64,000 bases of DNA from the NCBI RefSeq assembly GCF_009914755.1, contig NC_060947.1, one strand, 5' to 3'. Made by a program: the position numbers and the translations under genes. Under the pieces are notes generated by a model that ran no database searches, was not told the origin of the DNA, and saw only the letters and a program-made list of their open reading frames with translations. The DNA is from the human T2T-CHM13v2.0 reference genome, Homo sapiens. Of this stretch, positions 14,346 to 28,547 are shown piece by piece; the stretch's first letter is position 1; each line of letters begins with the position of its first letter.

Positions 14346-16754
14346 TCATACACTTATGAATGTTCCGTACTAATTTTGATAGGGGTATTGAGTTCTTAAC
14401 TTACTTTGTGTCGACTGCAGGTCATATCCTGTATTCAGTGAACCACATACCCTAACATTTTTCATTGCAGAATTAAATTGATCAAGGATTTCATAGGAAA
14501 AGTAACTAAAGGACTTAAATTATAGATTATTACAAAATACAGAAACCTCTCCTAATCTCTTATCAGAGACACAGAAACAGAGCTTTAAATTAAATAAGCT
14601 GATTCTTGAAAACCATGTACACAAAGGTCTTACATGTGTCTAAGGCCTTCAGCTCTTTTTCGTGGAGTTTATCATGACCCTGAATAGCTCAATATTTAGA
14701 CATGTAGAAACAAGTCTCAACTGAGAAAAGCCACTTCTCCCCTAATTTGTTATAAGTAAAAGATTGATTGCAAGCACTGAAAGTGAAGATTATGTAATGA
14801 GATTTTTCCTCAAAAATGACAACTTGACAATGATTCAAACTGGACATCCTTTTATCTTTATAAGAAAAACAGCATGAATATGTTGATTTAATTTCCTCAT
14901 CATAATAATGAATTACATGACCAGCTAAAACATTGTTAAAGAATTCACATATTATCATATTCCACCCCGGGGAATACTTGAATGCTTTATAGAGCTACTT
15001 TGAGCTAAGATTATATTTAAAGAACCCACAAACATATTTTTATTTGGAAAAAAAAAAACTCACTCTATGGCCCTTTGTTATATTCCTCACTTTTCAAAGA
15101 AAGATATGACATTCTTTACTAGATTGGAATGAGTAACTCACCTTTTGTTTTGCCTACAGTTTGCTTTTACAGGTTGAATGCTTTATGTTTGATTAAAATA
15201 ATTTATGAATGTGCTTATGTGTGTCTGTGTGTGTGTGCATAGGGTCTCTCATATATGTAAAATGGAAGACAGACCAACTTTTCTGTGAAGCTTAAGGCCC
15301 TAGCTTCTCCTGGCCAGAGAAAAGGTGACCAAGTAAACAAATGAATAATTGCTGTGGCATTTTACAAATGCACATAGCATTCATTTTCTCTTCATCTTTG
15401 TTTGCACTTGTGATATTCTGTGATACATTATATGGTCAAAATAGAATCAATACTGTCCACTAGTAATGATGAAAAAGTGACTGAAGGAGTATTTGAAAAT
15501 ATGGTTGTCTTCTATAGCATAACAAACAACATATGATGTGGTAGGATTATCTCTTTTTACCTTTAAAAAATTATTTAAATGCAGATGTGCATGAAATTAC
15601 TAAAATAAAAGCAATATATTGGGGCATTTGTGTTCACTTATTGACACCATTTTCTGTTGCCTTTTGATATTTATAGCTGTGACTTTAGACTGCACAAAAC
15701 ACATAGCTTCTGGAAATCATTAATTCATGTATTTGTATGTACACTGTTGTGGATAAATATTTTATTTTGACCACCTAATATTTTAAGGATTAATGTTTCA
15801 TGATGATTGGATGTTATGCTATTGTTTGGTGTGCCAAACTGTGCTATGATACATTAAAGGATCCCTTACTGCCTAAATGCTGTATAGTTGCTTTCCCAGA
15901 AGCAGTGATAAAGGTGGTTAGAAATGTAAGAATGAATAATACCATTGATGACATGATTAGTGGAACCAGTCATTTTATTTGGGATGCTTTTTTAGACTCT
16001 CTGTTTTGATAAGTGGCCTGCCAAAGCAAATAAATGACAAGAAAGAGCCTGTTCACAGGGGAATTTGTAAATAAATGACAAAAATTCAGCAGTGCTTTGG
16101 TAATTCAACTTTTTGGTGATTTACATATTATTTTTGTTGTTTTAATGATTGAATAATCTAAAGACTATCATCTTATTAGGGGTGGTCCTAATGGGATTTT
16201 TCTTTGTAATCAACAAACCAGTCTGCCAAAGTGGGCAGTATTTGAAGTAAAGGGGCTGTTTGCCAGCCACCAAACAAACAGAACATCTGGATGTCTGCAG
16301 CCATCTCAAATTTGCTCCCAGTAGATCAGTCTGAAGTTGGGGATTCAGGTTGCATTTAGCCAAAACCAAAATAAAAAGTGAAAAAATAATCTGTCATACC
16401 TTTAGTGTTTTATATGTATGAAAAAAACTATACAGATATTTTGAAAATACTCAGACTGAATTTGTCCCTCTAAATCTCTTAGGGACCAGAGACATATTAG
16501 TATTCATGTAAGTACTTGACACTTATCTGGGGTTTGTTATACTTATTCCTTTAAAATACACATTTATACTACTATAAGTTTTAAGTTTGCTTGATGCCAA
16601 AGCAGTGTCAGCTAATATATATAATTTAAAATGTTTAATGTAAGGATTTGTAATCCTGTGGAGTTTTTACATTCCTCCTTAAAAAAAAATTTAGGGACAA
16701 TCCTAAAGTCATAAAATAATATATAGTATATACAGTAATTATTTCTAAAATTAT

Positions 16755-17990
16755 TTACTTTGAAGGTTGAAAAGGACCTTGAAGGTCATTGTGTACTAAA
16801 ACATTCTGACAGTTTAATCCAATTTGCGACATTCCTGCAAAGTGATTGTTTTGTTTCCAAGTGAATACTTCACTCTTTCTTTTTACCCAGGAACTTACAA
16901 CCTCCAGAGGCAGCAAAACTTTTCCCTATATTTGGTAACCTTCACCAAGGTGAAAGCTGACGTGTGGTAACTTTCACCCAACTGTTCCAATTTCTTCTTC
17001 GAGAGTTTTACATAAGGAATTTAAGTATTCATCCATTGGCTCCTCTTTTTCAGATTGAACATTTCTAGTTCCTTTACCTGTTCTTCATATAAAATGGTTT
17101 CAAATTCTTTCTTCAGTTGACTGCTTTCATACAAACAAACTTTTAAGTTATGGCTCATGGAACTGAGCACTATACTCAGTTATGGTCTGTGAAAGATTGT
17201 CAACTCCTTTATTTAAAATACTATGGTTGTATTAACATAAACTATAACCCAGTATTAATTATAACCTAATTATAATTCAAATTTTAAGTGTGGACTCATT
17301 TTGAATTCATTTTAAGCTAAAATATTCAAGTCTTCTTCTTTTCTTTTTTTTGCTTTTTCTTTTTTCCTTTTAAAAATATATGCATTGTTGCTAAGTCATG
17401 TCTTTCCCTTGCTGTACTTGTATAGTTGGCTTTTTGGATCTGAATACCAGACCTTATACTTATCCCTATTATAATTTATCTTGTTAGATTTCACTTGTCC
17501 TTTGTACCAGTCTGTGATAATTCATAGGGATTCTGATTTTGTCATTTAAAACATTTTCTCCCAGTATTAGTTTGTTTTCACACTGCTATAAAGATACTAC
17601 CTAAGACTGGGTAATTTATAAAGAAAGGAGGTTTAATTGACCCACAGTTCCATATGGCTGGGGAGGCCTCAGGAAACTTAACAATCATGGAGGAAGGTGA
17701 AGGGGAAGCAAGGCACGTCTTACATGGCAGCAGAAAAGAGAGAGAATGCAGGGGAAACTGCTACTTTTAAAACACATCAGATCTCATGAGAACTCCCTTA
17801 CTGTCACAAGAACAGCATGGGAGAAACTGCCCCCATGATCCAGTGACCTCCCACCAGAACCCTTCCTTGACATGTGGGGATTACAATTCGAGATGATATT
17901 TGGGTGAGGACACAAAGCCAAACCATCACCCCCCAACCCAGATTTGTGGTATCTACCAACTTGCTATTTATATCATTCATATTGGCATGT
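16755..17990 (-). mobile_element. CR1/L3 LINE remnant interrupted by an MST LTR
   Basis: CR1-like 3' sequence; minus-strand translation SKLVDTTNLG near 17940-17970 resembles the CR1 RT motif SKFADDTKLG. Confidence 0.6.
17563..17928 (-). mobile_element. MSTA-like MaLR solo LTR
   Basis: GTATTAGTTTGTTTTCACACTGCTATAAAG...CCAAACCATCA; TSD CTCCC/CCCCC. Confidence 0.85.
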
Positions 17991-18180
17991 TGCTGGAGAT
18001 CTCCTTTTAGTTTAACATTACTCCATTTCAAGTTGACATTATCCCATGAAATAGCATTTTTTTTGTTGTTTTAGTCATTCACATTCTAGTCATTCGAATT
18101 TAGTCATTGCATCCTTTGTTTTAGTTCTGTATACTATCATCTGGGTCACATTTCTCTATCCTGTTAAAATCTGATATCTA

Positions 18181-18472
18181 AGCTGGGCACGGTGGCTTAT
18201 GCCTGTAATCCCAACACTTTGGGAGGACGAGGCAGGTGGATCGCATGAACTCAAGAGTTTGAGATCAGCGTGGGCAACAAGATGAAACCCAGTCTCTACA
18301 AAAAAATAGAAAAAATTAGCCAGGTGTGGTGGTGCATGCCTGTGTTCCCAGCTACGTGGGAGGCTGAGGTGGGAGGATCACCTGAGCCCAGGGAGGTCAA
18401 GGCTACAGTAAGCCATGATCACGCCACTGTACTCCAGCCTGGGAGACAGAGTGAGAACCTATATCAAAAAAA
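18181..18472 (+). mobile_element. AluJ
   Basis: Dimeric Alu with J-type diagnostics; TSD core ATCTGATATCTA on both sides. Confidence 0.92.
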
Positions 18473-19005
18473 TATCTGATATCTACAGGCACTATTTTGG
18501 GTTATATCCCTGGTCTACCAATTATTAACCCTTCTAGAAGAGAAAATGAAAATTAAAAAGAGGATTGTTTTTTTCAAAATATATTAACCCAGCATATAAG
18601 TTTTTCTGCAGGTGGTAGGACATAGTTCTGAAGGCATCAGAGTGATGTTTCACCTGTTATTATACTACTTCCTGAAATAAAATAAGCAGTTATTTATTTA
18701 TTGATGGTCTACTTTATTTAGAATATTGTCATAGGCAAGTAGAGCACCAAAAATAAATATATGATCCTTTTCACTGAAACACATTGTGTTTTATGGTCAC
18801 AGACTGCCCTACTCCAATGTTGCCTACTCACCCTTGAATTTGATGGCAGTGATCACAAACGGGACTGACTGGGTAAGACATTATGAGTAGCACATTGTGA
18901 ATACATCCTGTTAGAAATAAAAACCAAATCCCAAAATCCAAATATAATGTAGTGTTTTTCGAAATTTTTTTACCACAAAAGAAGTGAATTTTACATTATG
19001 GCTTT

Positions 19006-19014
19006 ACACACACA

Positions 19015-19053
<39 letters not shown>

Positions 19054-19104
19054 TGTATACATATGTACATACATGTATATGTGTGTATGTGTGTGTATGT
19101 ATAT
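19006..19104. repeat. (CA)n followed by a (TA/TG)n-type microsatellite
   Basis: Read directly. Confidence 0.9.
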
Positions 19105-19105
19105 T

Positions 19106-19323
19106 CAAGTTGAGTATCCCTTATTTAAAATGCTTGGAACCAGAAGTGTTCAAATTTAAGATTTTCCCAGATTTTGGAATATTTGCATTATACTTAAAGG
19201 TTCAGTATCCCTAATCCAGAGATTTGAAATCTGAAATGCTCCAAAGAGCATTTCCTTTAACTGTTATGTGAGCACGCAAAAAGTTTTAGATTTGGGATTT
19301 TCAGATTCAGAGTGCTCAACCTG
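19106..19323. mobile_element. Tigger4a (Zombi/MER46-type) non-autonomous DNA transposon
   Basis: Terminal inverted repeats CAAGTTGAGTATC...GTGCTCAACCTG followed by TA. Confidence 0.8.
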
Positions 19324-19969
19324 TAATTGTATCTGTATATGTGTGTATATAATACAGAAAACAAAATCATATATTTCACAATAATACGTTTTCCCCATTG
19401 CCAAATTTTCTAAACCGGTTTAGTCTATTTAAAAATTTTGTTTGTAACCACTGCATTGCTTTTCTGATTTTCATTCTGTGACTGTTCTAAGGTGGAATCT
19501 CTAATGATTGTGGGTCTACCACATCATCCTTATACTTACTACAGGGAGACATATACTCAAAGGCAGCAGAGATATTTTCCCAGTCTAAGCACAATGAGGA
19601 TTTGCAGCCCTCTATTATCTAGGCTACCATCTCCCCTGTATGATCTATTATGATTTTTTTTGTAGAGTAGGGCACTCAAGAAAACAATATTTATTTGTCT
19701 ATTCTCCCTTGGAACAGGATAGATGTGGGTAGACTGTTGGAGACAGGAATGGAAGTGAACATTTATCAAGTGCCTATCATGTACCAGACATTAATTAAGG
19801 TGTTTTTAAAATTTGGTTAGTTTGACCTTCAAAAAATGTGAGGATCAGAGACTAGAGTAATCTGCCCAAGATCACCACACTCCTTTATCCAAGAAATCTG
19901 GACTTAGGCCTAAAGTCTTTCTGACTTCAAAACCCATGTATATTCATGACAATCAAAAATATCTCCAGA

Positions 19970-20517
19970 TGTGATACTTAATATTGAGTGTCAACTAGGT
20001 TGAATTGAAGCAGGCAAAGTGTTGTTCCTGGGTGTGTATGTGAGGGTGTTGTCAAAGGAGATAAACACTTGAATCAGTGGACTGGGAAAGGCAAACTCAC
20101 CCTCAATCTGCATGGGCACCATCTAATCAGCTGTCAGCATGGCTACAATAAAGCAGGCAGGAGAAGATGGAAGAACAGACTTGCTGAGTCTTCCAGCCTT
20201 CTTCTTTCTCCCATGCTGGATGCTTCCTGCCCTCAAATATCGGAATCCAAGTTCTTCAGCTTTTGGACTCTTAGGCCTACGCCAGTGGTTTGCCAGGGGC
20301 TCTCGGGCCTTAGGCAACAGACTGAAGTCTGCACTGTCGGCTTCCCTACTTTTGAGGTTTTGGGACTCAGACTGACTTCCTTGCTCCTCAGCTTGCAGAT
20401 GGCCTATTGTGGGACTTCACCTTGTGAGTGTGTGAGTCAATACTCCTTCATAAACTCCCTTTCATACAAACATCTATCCTATTAGTTCTGTCCCTCTAGA
20501 GAACCCTGACAAATACA
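19970..20517 (+). mobile_element. MLT2A (HERVL) solo LTR
   Basis: TGTGATACTTAATATTGAGTGTCAAC...CTAGAGAACCCTGACAAATACA; ~550 bp. Confidence 0.88.
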
Positions 20518-20636
20518 CCCTATAATGCCAAATATACTTGCAGCCCCACTGAGGAGTCGGGCAAGGTACAAAATTACCCCATTAAAAACCACTGCTTTAG
20601 GTCACAAGCTTGTAAGTGGGGAGCTAGTATTCAAAT

Positions 20637-21620
20637 TTGAAGGAAATTAAAACATTTTACCCCAAGATATATTTCTTTGACATATTTTGAAATGGCTGCC
20701 AATTGGCCAGCAAACAGAAGTGGCCTTGCAAAGCTGTTTTCTGGTGGGAAAAATTTGCATCTGTAGAGCATCTCCATTAATAAAGCCATACCGCTGCTTT
20801 CCACATCTTTCCTAGATCCAGGAAGGACTGAGAGTCTCACACCTTAAGAAACCTGAAAAGAAACATTTACCATCTATTCCCTCTGAAAGACACTTCATCT
20901 TCATCGAGACAAGCCTCTTCCTTTCTTCCTCCTATAACCTGCCTTGCCACTAAAGCCTGTTTTTTGACATACTTTAAGTTAACATTCTTTCTGTAATTTC
21001 AAAATGGTATACAAGTTTCTGTTACTTATTGGAAAGTTGAGTCATCATTTAGAAGGCGCTCATGTCTACACATTAAATAAATTTACATTCCTTTTCTCCT
21101 ATTAACATGCCTCATGCCAGTGTGAACCCCAAAAATCTGAGACAGGTCTCAGTTAATTTAGAAAGTTTATTTTGCCAAGGTTGAGGACACATGCCTGTGA
21201 CACAGCCACAAGAGGTCTTGAGGACATGTGCCCAAGGAGGTCAGAACACAGTTTGGTTTTATGCATTTTAGGGAGAAAAGAGACATCAATCAACATATGT
21301 AAGATGAACATTGTTTCGTTCTGGAAAGGCAGAACTACTCAAAGCGAGGAGGGGGCTTCCAGGTCATAGGTGGATAAGAGACAAATGGTGGCATTCTTGT
21401 TAGTTTCTGATTAGCCTCTCCAAAGGAGGCAATCAGATATGCATTTATCACAGTGAGCAGAGGGGTGACTTTGAATAGAATGGGAGGCAGGGTTGCCCTA
21501 AGCAGTTTCCAGCCTGACTTTTCCCTTTAGCTTAGTGACTTTGGAGCCCCAAGATATTTTCCTTTCACACAAGTGACTTTTTAGTAAACTTTTGGGGAAC
21601 CGAGAACCTATGGCTTCCAC
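20637..21620 (+). mobile_element. MER34/MER39-type ERV1 LTR, split by MER4A1
   Basis: Starts TGAAGGAAATTAAAACATTTTACCCCAAGATATATTTC; AATAAA near 21076; resumes after 21570. Confidence 0.7.
21121..21569 (-). mobile_element. MER4A1-like ERV1 solo LTR nested in the older LTR
   Basis: Minus strand starts TGTGAAAGGAAAATATCTTGGGGCTCC; TSD CCAG/CAAG. Confidence 0.85.
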
Positions 21621-22801
21621 TAACTGAAGTATTTGATTCTAAATGACATGATTTTCAACATTATGTGACACTGTAGAATGTGCCATACATAAGGCATAAA
21701 CGGTAAGCAGGAAAAAAAAGGGTACCTGCTGTGGGAAGTTAGGTCTGGATGCCAAACTTGACCTAATTCACATATTTTTAACTGGAAAACTCACCATAAT
21801 TGGCTCCTTATATTAGAGCTCCATACTACTAAGGGGAATGTAATAAGCATGAGGGCTCCAGGCCCTTTCTGAAATTAGTTAAAAGAGCTTCCAGGTCAGG
21901 GACACACATGTGCAGGTGGTAGGAAGAACTGCAGGACATCAGGCCCTTTAGCATTTTCTCAAAGTACTCAAAGCAATAGAAGTAATTCTGCAAAGCTCTG
22001 ACATGAACCAAGATATGTGGATATACTCGAACTACTTTTTGTTGACCCACTAAAGTGAAGGTACTAGAGGATCAGGGTAGACATCTTCAAATTCATTTAA
22101 AAATGGTAGGAATCTGAGATTCTCATTAATGTGCTTAGTTCTCAGAGAGAGTTATATTCTGAACCTCCTTTCAGTTCAAGAGAAATATTAAGCAACAAAA
22201 TGAAAACCAAAAGAAGGCAAATTTTGGACCCTGGAACTCTGCACCTAGGCACCTTCCACATGATTTACTGCTCACAGTGCAGAATACAAATAATGGCCAT
22301 GCCAGCATGTGAAAGCTTAAAATACATTCTAATGAAGATCACATTGTGAACATTGCCAAGGCAGAATAAAATGCAATCAGGATTTAAATGTGTCTAAAAT
22401 AATAGCTCCTTGGATTCAAGCACACTGATTAATGTCAGAGACACTTATGAAATGTTGTTGCCTGGTCATCAGTGTTATTTTTCTTGTGGAACATTTTGTA
22501 CAAGAAGCAATAAATGAGGGCTAATAAACTAAGAAAAGAATACCTTATTCTATAAAATTAACATGACTCAGGTGAAGTGCTTTAGTTACAGGTGATCTAT
22601 GTTCCAGGATTGACATGATATCAGCATAACTTACTTTGAAATATGCATACTACAAGTATTTCTGAAATATTCACCTTTCACAGCAGATTCTCTTGCTTTC
22701 CTCATATCTGCATATAAATGTAAATTTTGTGCTTACCGTATAGTCAGCTTTTTTTTTTTAATTTGAGGAGCTGAAATTAGCTTTAAAGATAACTCTTATA
22801 T

Positions 22802-23328
22802 TGTAACCAAGTAGCTTAGCTTCAAAATGAATTTTAAAACTTTTTTTTCTTTTTGAAACTCTTTGTTTCCCTCCCTTCCCACTGGACACTCCTTTCACTG
22901 TGCTGCTTTATCTAATTATGTGCTTGCTTAGAAATTCCAGGGGCTAATCTTCAAATGAACCAGGCATAGAGACTCAGCTATAGAATCCTCCCCATCTACA
23001 GATTACCTCAAAGCGGTAAATCTATGACTCAGTCATTGTTGAAATGGCACCAGCTCACACTCCAGCCGGACAATAACTCAAGATAGCCATTGGAATGAGA
23101 CATGTAGTCCCTGTATCCCTCACTCCTCAAGTATGTTTCTCATACCAAGTTTCTTTTCTTAAACTCCTTACCAAGGCTAAAATTTGAAATGGTCTTTTGG
23201 AGGCATGCACCTAGACATTTCTCAACAGCTAGTGTTTAATTAATAAAGCTGCTTTCCTTTCACCACACCTCACCTCTTGTGTGATTGGCTTCTCAGGCAG
23301 CGAGCAGCTGGACTTGCATTTGGTTACA
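22802..23328 (+). mobile_element. ERV1-type solo LTR (subfamily not assigned)
   Basis: Inverted ends TGTAACCAA...TTGGTTACA, AATAAAGC near 23242, perfect 4-bp TSD ATAT. Confidence 0.85.
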
Positions 23329-24468
23329 ATATCATTTGAGGAAGAAAATGTGCTTAAATCCTAAAAAGAACATCAGAGTAACCTGAAAGCATTTCCCACT
23401 TCAATTTTATAACTTGAGATAGTAGTTAAACACATGTCTACAAAGGCTGACATGTTTAAAAGACTGGGTCATAAGAGTTAGTGATAAAAGTACGTGGTAA
23501 ATGCTATTACTCTTCTTTGTCTGAAAAACAAAACAATAATGAACATAAAGAAACAGGCTCACAGTGTGCATCTCTCATACCTCATATATGCTCTCTCTTG
23601 TGAGGATAAAGTTGTTATGGAGCACAATACTCATAAAACATCTTAATGAAATTATCACCCATTGCTAAGAATGAATTAAAATCGATAAAATTGTTCACTG
23701 TTACTCTTTTCAAATAACACTTTGATTTAGTAAGGAAAAATGCTGGTCATTATAAAATTTCAGCATTGCCATGCAGCATTAACTATATATCTATTAACTA
23801 TAGCTCTATCCCCACTATCACCATTATGTAGCACAGAGAGGAAGGGTTTGGGAATGGACACCCATATGCTAGTGTTGGTTTTATTTCTGTTTACATTTTT
23901 AGTCTCTTTCCATCATCTGTAACACAAGGTTTTGATAAAGACAAAATGAGGAATATATGTAAAGCAAATGCAACATTGTTGGAGCAAAACAGTTGGTAGA
24001 TCCTATTTATAAAATTATTAGTACAAATGCTAGATTTGACCTGTTATGGTAGAGTAGGAAAACTGTTTGACTGACAACCAAGAAACCTGGATCCTGGTTG
24101 AGTACTGTCACTAGTTAACTATGTTACTGTAAACAAATTGTTTAGGCTGTCTGTGACTCAATTTCTTCATCTTTTAAATGAAACATTAAATCAGATGATG
24201 TAGCACTGTAATTCTTTCCCTTCCAATAATTTACATTTCAGTGATGTTCCTCTTATGGAAAAAACAGATCTTGGCCGTAGCTACCTGGGAACTGCCTTAT
24301 TATCATTCATTGTAAAATTATTACTAGAGTTTAAAAGAGTTACTTAAGAATTAGTGCAGCAGACTTAAAATATAAACAATTTCAGCATGATGCTCATTGG
24401 TAAAGAGCTAAGTATAGCAGTTCACACAACATGGCATATTGAACTAATGCATATGCCTTTTTAAAACT

Positions 24469-24975
24469 TGTTACATAAATGAGCCAAAGATGTCCTCTGT
24501 ATATTGGCCCCTACGTTGTTTATTTCTTCACAGCAGGCTGAGACTCGTTAGCTCGAATGCTCTCTGGCACCACACCCAAATTTTTACACATCCCATTGTT
24601 TTAAACATACCCCAAATAAGCAGATTTTTAGCCATTTAGAGTCTGCCTGCTTTGCATATTCTGTGAAACTGCACATCTGTTAGCCCTAGATAAGAGAAAT
24701 CCTGTGGCTATAAAGGCCCCAAGCCACTGCTGCCCTTCAAAATTCTCTGACCCAGTGATTCCCCAAAGTGCTGCTGAGTGACATCACCCCATCACATGAA
24801 CCCCCATCTTTAATTCCCGTCTCCCCTGGGAGTCCTTGTGTCCTATTCCTCTTCTGGATGGTTGTCCTGTACCATAGCCTTGGGCAGTCTCATGCTGTGA
24901 GGGACTTCCCTTGCATGCAAACCTGTCAACCAATGTGTCACCCAAATAAAGCCTGTGTGTGTAGCTGCTATATGT
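24469..24975 (+). mobile_element. Old LTR fragment (subfamily not assigned)
   Basis: TGTTAC start, TATAAA near 24709, AATAAAGCC near 24946. Confidence 0.5.
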
Positions 24976-24999
24976 GGGAATTAAAAACACCTATAGGGA

Positions 25000-27490
25000 C
25001 AAATTTTTAAATAAATAATGATCTAAATTAGAAACCATAATGGAGATTATTAAATACTTATAAGTGAAGAACAATAAAACCACTATAAACCAAAACTTGT
25101 AGAATGAAGAAAAAGTAGTATTTAGAAGGACCTTTATAGCCTAAGATGAATGTATTTGGAAAAAAAGAAAGATTGAAAATTACTGAGACAAGTATTCACT
25201 TTGAAAAGTTAGACTAAGAACATTAGTATAAAGTAAAATAAAAAAAAAAGAAAAGAAAAAAAAAGAAAACCATAAATAGAAGAGCAGATACTAATTAAAA
25301 GAAAAGACAAACAATAGAGAGGATTTCAAAACCTGATATACTAAGATATAGAAATTTCTGGCAATGTTGTTGAATAAATAGAAGGCACAATCAAATAGTA
25401 TTAGTATTAGCATAAAAAGGGGGTCATAATATTGCTTTGGTAGGAACTTTTAAATTTCCAACTTATAACAACATATTATGGACAACTTGATACCACTAAA
25501 TGGGAAAACCAAAATGAAACGGGAAGTTTTTTAGGTAAATATGGATTAATAAAATTGGATTAGGGCTCACTCAATTGCTCAAAATAGTCTTACAAACATT
25601 AAATATATTGGATTAATATTATAAATGTATTTCTTTCTAAAAGTATGAGGTCTGGAAGGTGTCATTAGGTGTGCTTTGCAAAGCCTCCAGGAATAGATAA
25701 TTCCTGTCTTTATTCAAACAGTTTCAGAGAGCAGAAAAAGAAGGTGTTTATTCTGCTCATTTTATAAAAATCTTATAACACTGATATACAAAACTGATAA
25801 GAATAGTATACTTTTTTATTATTATATACTTTAAGTTCTAGGGTACATGTGCACAATGTGCAGGTTTGTTACATATGTATACATGCGCCATGCTGGTGTG
25901 CTGCACCCATTAACTCGTCATTTACATTAAGTATATCTCCTAATGCTTTCCCTCCCCCCTCCCCCCACCCCACAACAGGCCCCGGTGTGTGATGTTCCCC
26001 TTCCTGGGTCCAAGTGTTCTCATTGTTCAATTCCCACATATGAGTGAGAACAGGCAGTGTTTGGTTTTTTGTCTTTGTGATAGTTAGCTGAGAATGATGG
26101 TTTCCAGCTTCATCCATGTCCCCCCCCACCAACAAAAAAAAAGAAATAAAGAAAAAGAAACAAATTACGGAGAAACAAAACCCTTTCTTTCTTTCTTTCA
26201 GAGATTTCCAGAAAATGTACCCTTACAAATGAGAACCTGTGTCTTCATGGGTTAGAGAATAATCACACCTTGTGCATAAAAAGTTATTAAGCACAATTCC
26301 TGAATTATACATAATTACTAGCTATCAGTCAGTTGTGCATTTCTGTGTATGCTGGTCTCCACTTGATAAGGCTTCATTTCACAGAAAAGAAAAAAAAAAG
26401 AATAGTATAAGATAGGACAATAATAGGCCAGTCTCAGAAACATAGATCTAAAACACTCAATATTACATTAGCTAACATAATTCAGCAATGTATTTTTAAA
26501 ATGTAACACAAGGATGATTTATTCTAAAAATTAAGGATGGTTTAATATTAGAAAATTCACTAAAAAATTAAAAGAGGTAAAGAAAATAAGATCTGCATCT
26601 ATTAGATGCAGAAAAATCTTTTAATAAAATTAACATATAATTCTAGCAACTTGTAAACTTCTTTAACTCTATCAATGGTATCTATCAAAATCTTACATAA
26701 ACACAACACTTGGTAGTAAAATACTAGGTGTATTATTTAAAGCCAGCAAGCAGATAGAGATGGTCATTCTCATACCTTTTCAACATTGCAATAGAAGTTT
26801 CTACCTAGTACAAAAGAAGAAAAAGAATAGGGATCAGAAAGTAATAAAATTTGTCTTTAATCAAAGATGATTTAAGTTTCTAAATATATAACCTAAGCAA
26901 ATATTCAGACCAAAGTGTGTGTGTGTAATTAGAAAACAATTAAAATTTAAAATATGATTTTCTCAGAAAACCCATAAGGTAATTAGTAGTAAGTCTAACA
27001 AAAGATGTGTAAGACCTATTTGAAGAAAATTCTATTTATATCTTCATTATGTGTCAAAAGATAGTATAAAATAAACATACACATAATGGTGGCATGCAAG
27101 GATTCAATAAGGTTCAGAGGTCAATTCTTACCAAACTTTCTTTTAAATTAAGTGGAATTTCACTTCAAATAACAACTGGATTTTTAGCAAATCCATGGAA
27201 ATATGATGAAGAATAATCAAAACCATTTTTAAAAGGGTCCATTTAGCCATCAGTTTTCAAAACATATTATAAAGATACAAACAAAAAGTATGTAATATTG
27301 GAGGGGAGTGTATGTCTGTGTGTGTGTGTGTGTGTATGTGTGTGTTTGTGTATGTGTGTGTGAGAGAGAGGAGAGAGAAGAAAACAGTGTAACAGAAGAA
27401 AACTACACTTAAATGAGAAATTAGTATGTGACAGAAGTGGCATGTATATTGGAAGAAAGGAGGGATTAATCAATAAATTCTTCAAGGAAA
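25000..27490 (+). mobile_element. Old L1M ORF2 fragment, interrupted at 25811-26409
   Basis: Degenerate A-rich L1 ORF2-like sequence that continues across the younger insertion. Confidence 0.7.
25811..26397. mobile_element. Composite L1PA insertion: inverted L1 3' end plus non-L1 segment and poly(A)
   Basis: L1PA 3' UTR on - (25811-26120), unique sequence 26121-26384, A tail, and a 12-bp TSD AAGAATAGTATA (25799-25810, 26398-26409). Confidence 0.85.
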
Positions 27491-28547
27491 CAAGGGATTA
27501 GAAAGTGTTAGTGTTCAGTATTTATCATAGTGATTACTGTAAATTAATTAATGCACATTTTATTATTAATGTAAAACTACTTAGTTCTTGATTGTTCAGA
27601 AAACCTGTTATCCAGATTGTGCATTATTCTTCACTTTCTATCCTTTCTCTTATCTTTTTCTATTTTGGGGTATCAACTTAACTTTATGTCAGGGAAAGGA
27701 GAAAACAAGCAAGTTCCAACATACTGGTTGGAAGAAGATTGAAATTTCTAATTCAAGTTCTATTTAGGAAAATTTCCACTTCTTGTAATGGCAGACTAGG
27801 TAATGCTGACCAACTCTTTTACAGAGAGCAACTAGAACACCTGAACAAAATGTTTTCTAAAATTCTGTTTGAGGCATGATAAAGCTAAGTAATATTAAAG
27901 AATTATGGCATCAAGAGCTCAGTGTGGGGCAAGGAAACACCAAAATAAATTCTTCTTTGGAACAGTTTTTTTTTTCCCTTCATTGGATATCTGCTGATTT
28001 TGGAGGAGGCTGCCGAGATACGAAGAAGCTGAGCAAAATTTATAGGGCTATTAGGGTCCACCAAAGAGTAGGAAGCCTTGTAAACCTCTTATATTTTGGG
28101 TTGAGATGCCAAAGGAACATAACTTGGATTAAAGTTGAGCCAGAAATACTCTAACCCCCTCAGAGACTAAAGATTTGCTTCACATAATTTTGGACTCTAT
28201 AACTGGATTAAATTGATCTGCATTGATGGTATCTTACCCCTTCTCCCAGAAGCAAATGCAAATTTGCTATAAGGAGGAGGATAACATCATCCCAAGTTTC
28301 AATATGTTTTCAAGTGATTTTAATATACAATAACCCATCCCCCAATAAAAACAAACCAGGCACATGAAGATAATAAAACAAGGTGACCTTAAAGCTCTGA
28401 AATAATTCTTGACTTCATATCTTGCATCCAGGGCACACCCAAAGCCTCAGGCAGCCCTGTTCCCATTGCTTTGCTGGTCATAGCCCATATGGCTGCTCTC
28501 ACAGTTGGAATCTAATGACTGTGGGTTTTCCAGGCTGAGGGTGCACA

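Noticed and set aside
19990-20010. DUX4 site in the MLT2A LTR
   Set aside because: The copy reads CTAGGTTGAATTGAA where I recall CTTGATTGGATTGAA; the motif looks degraded.
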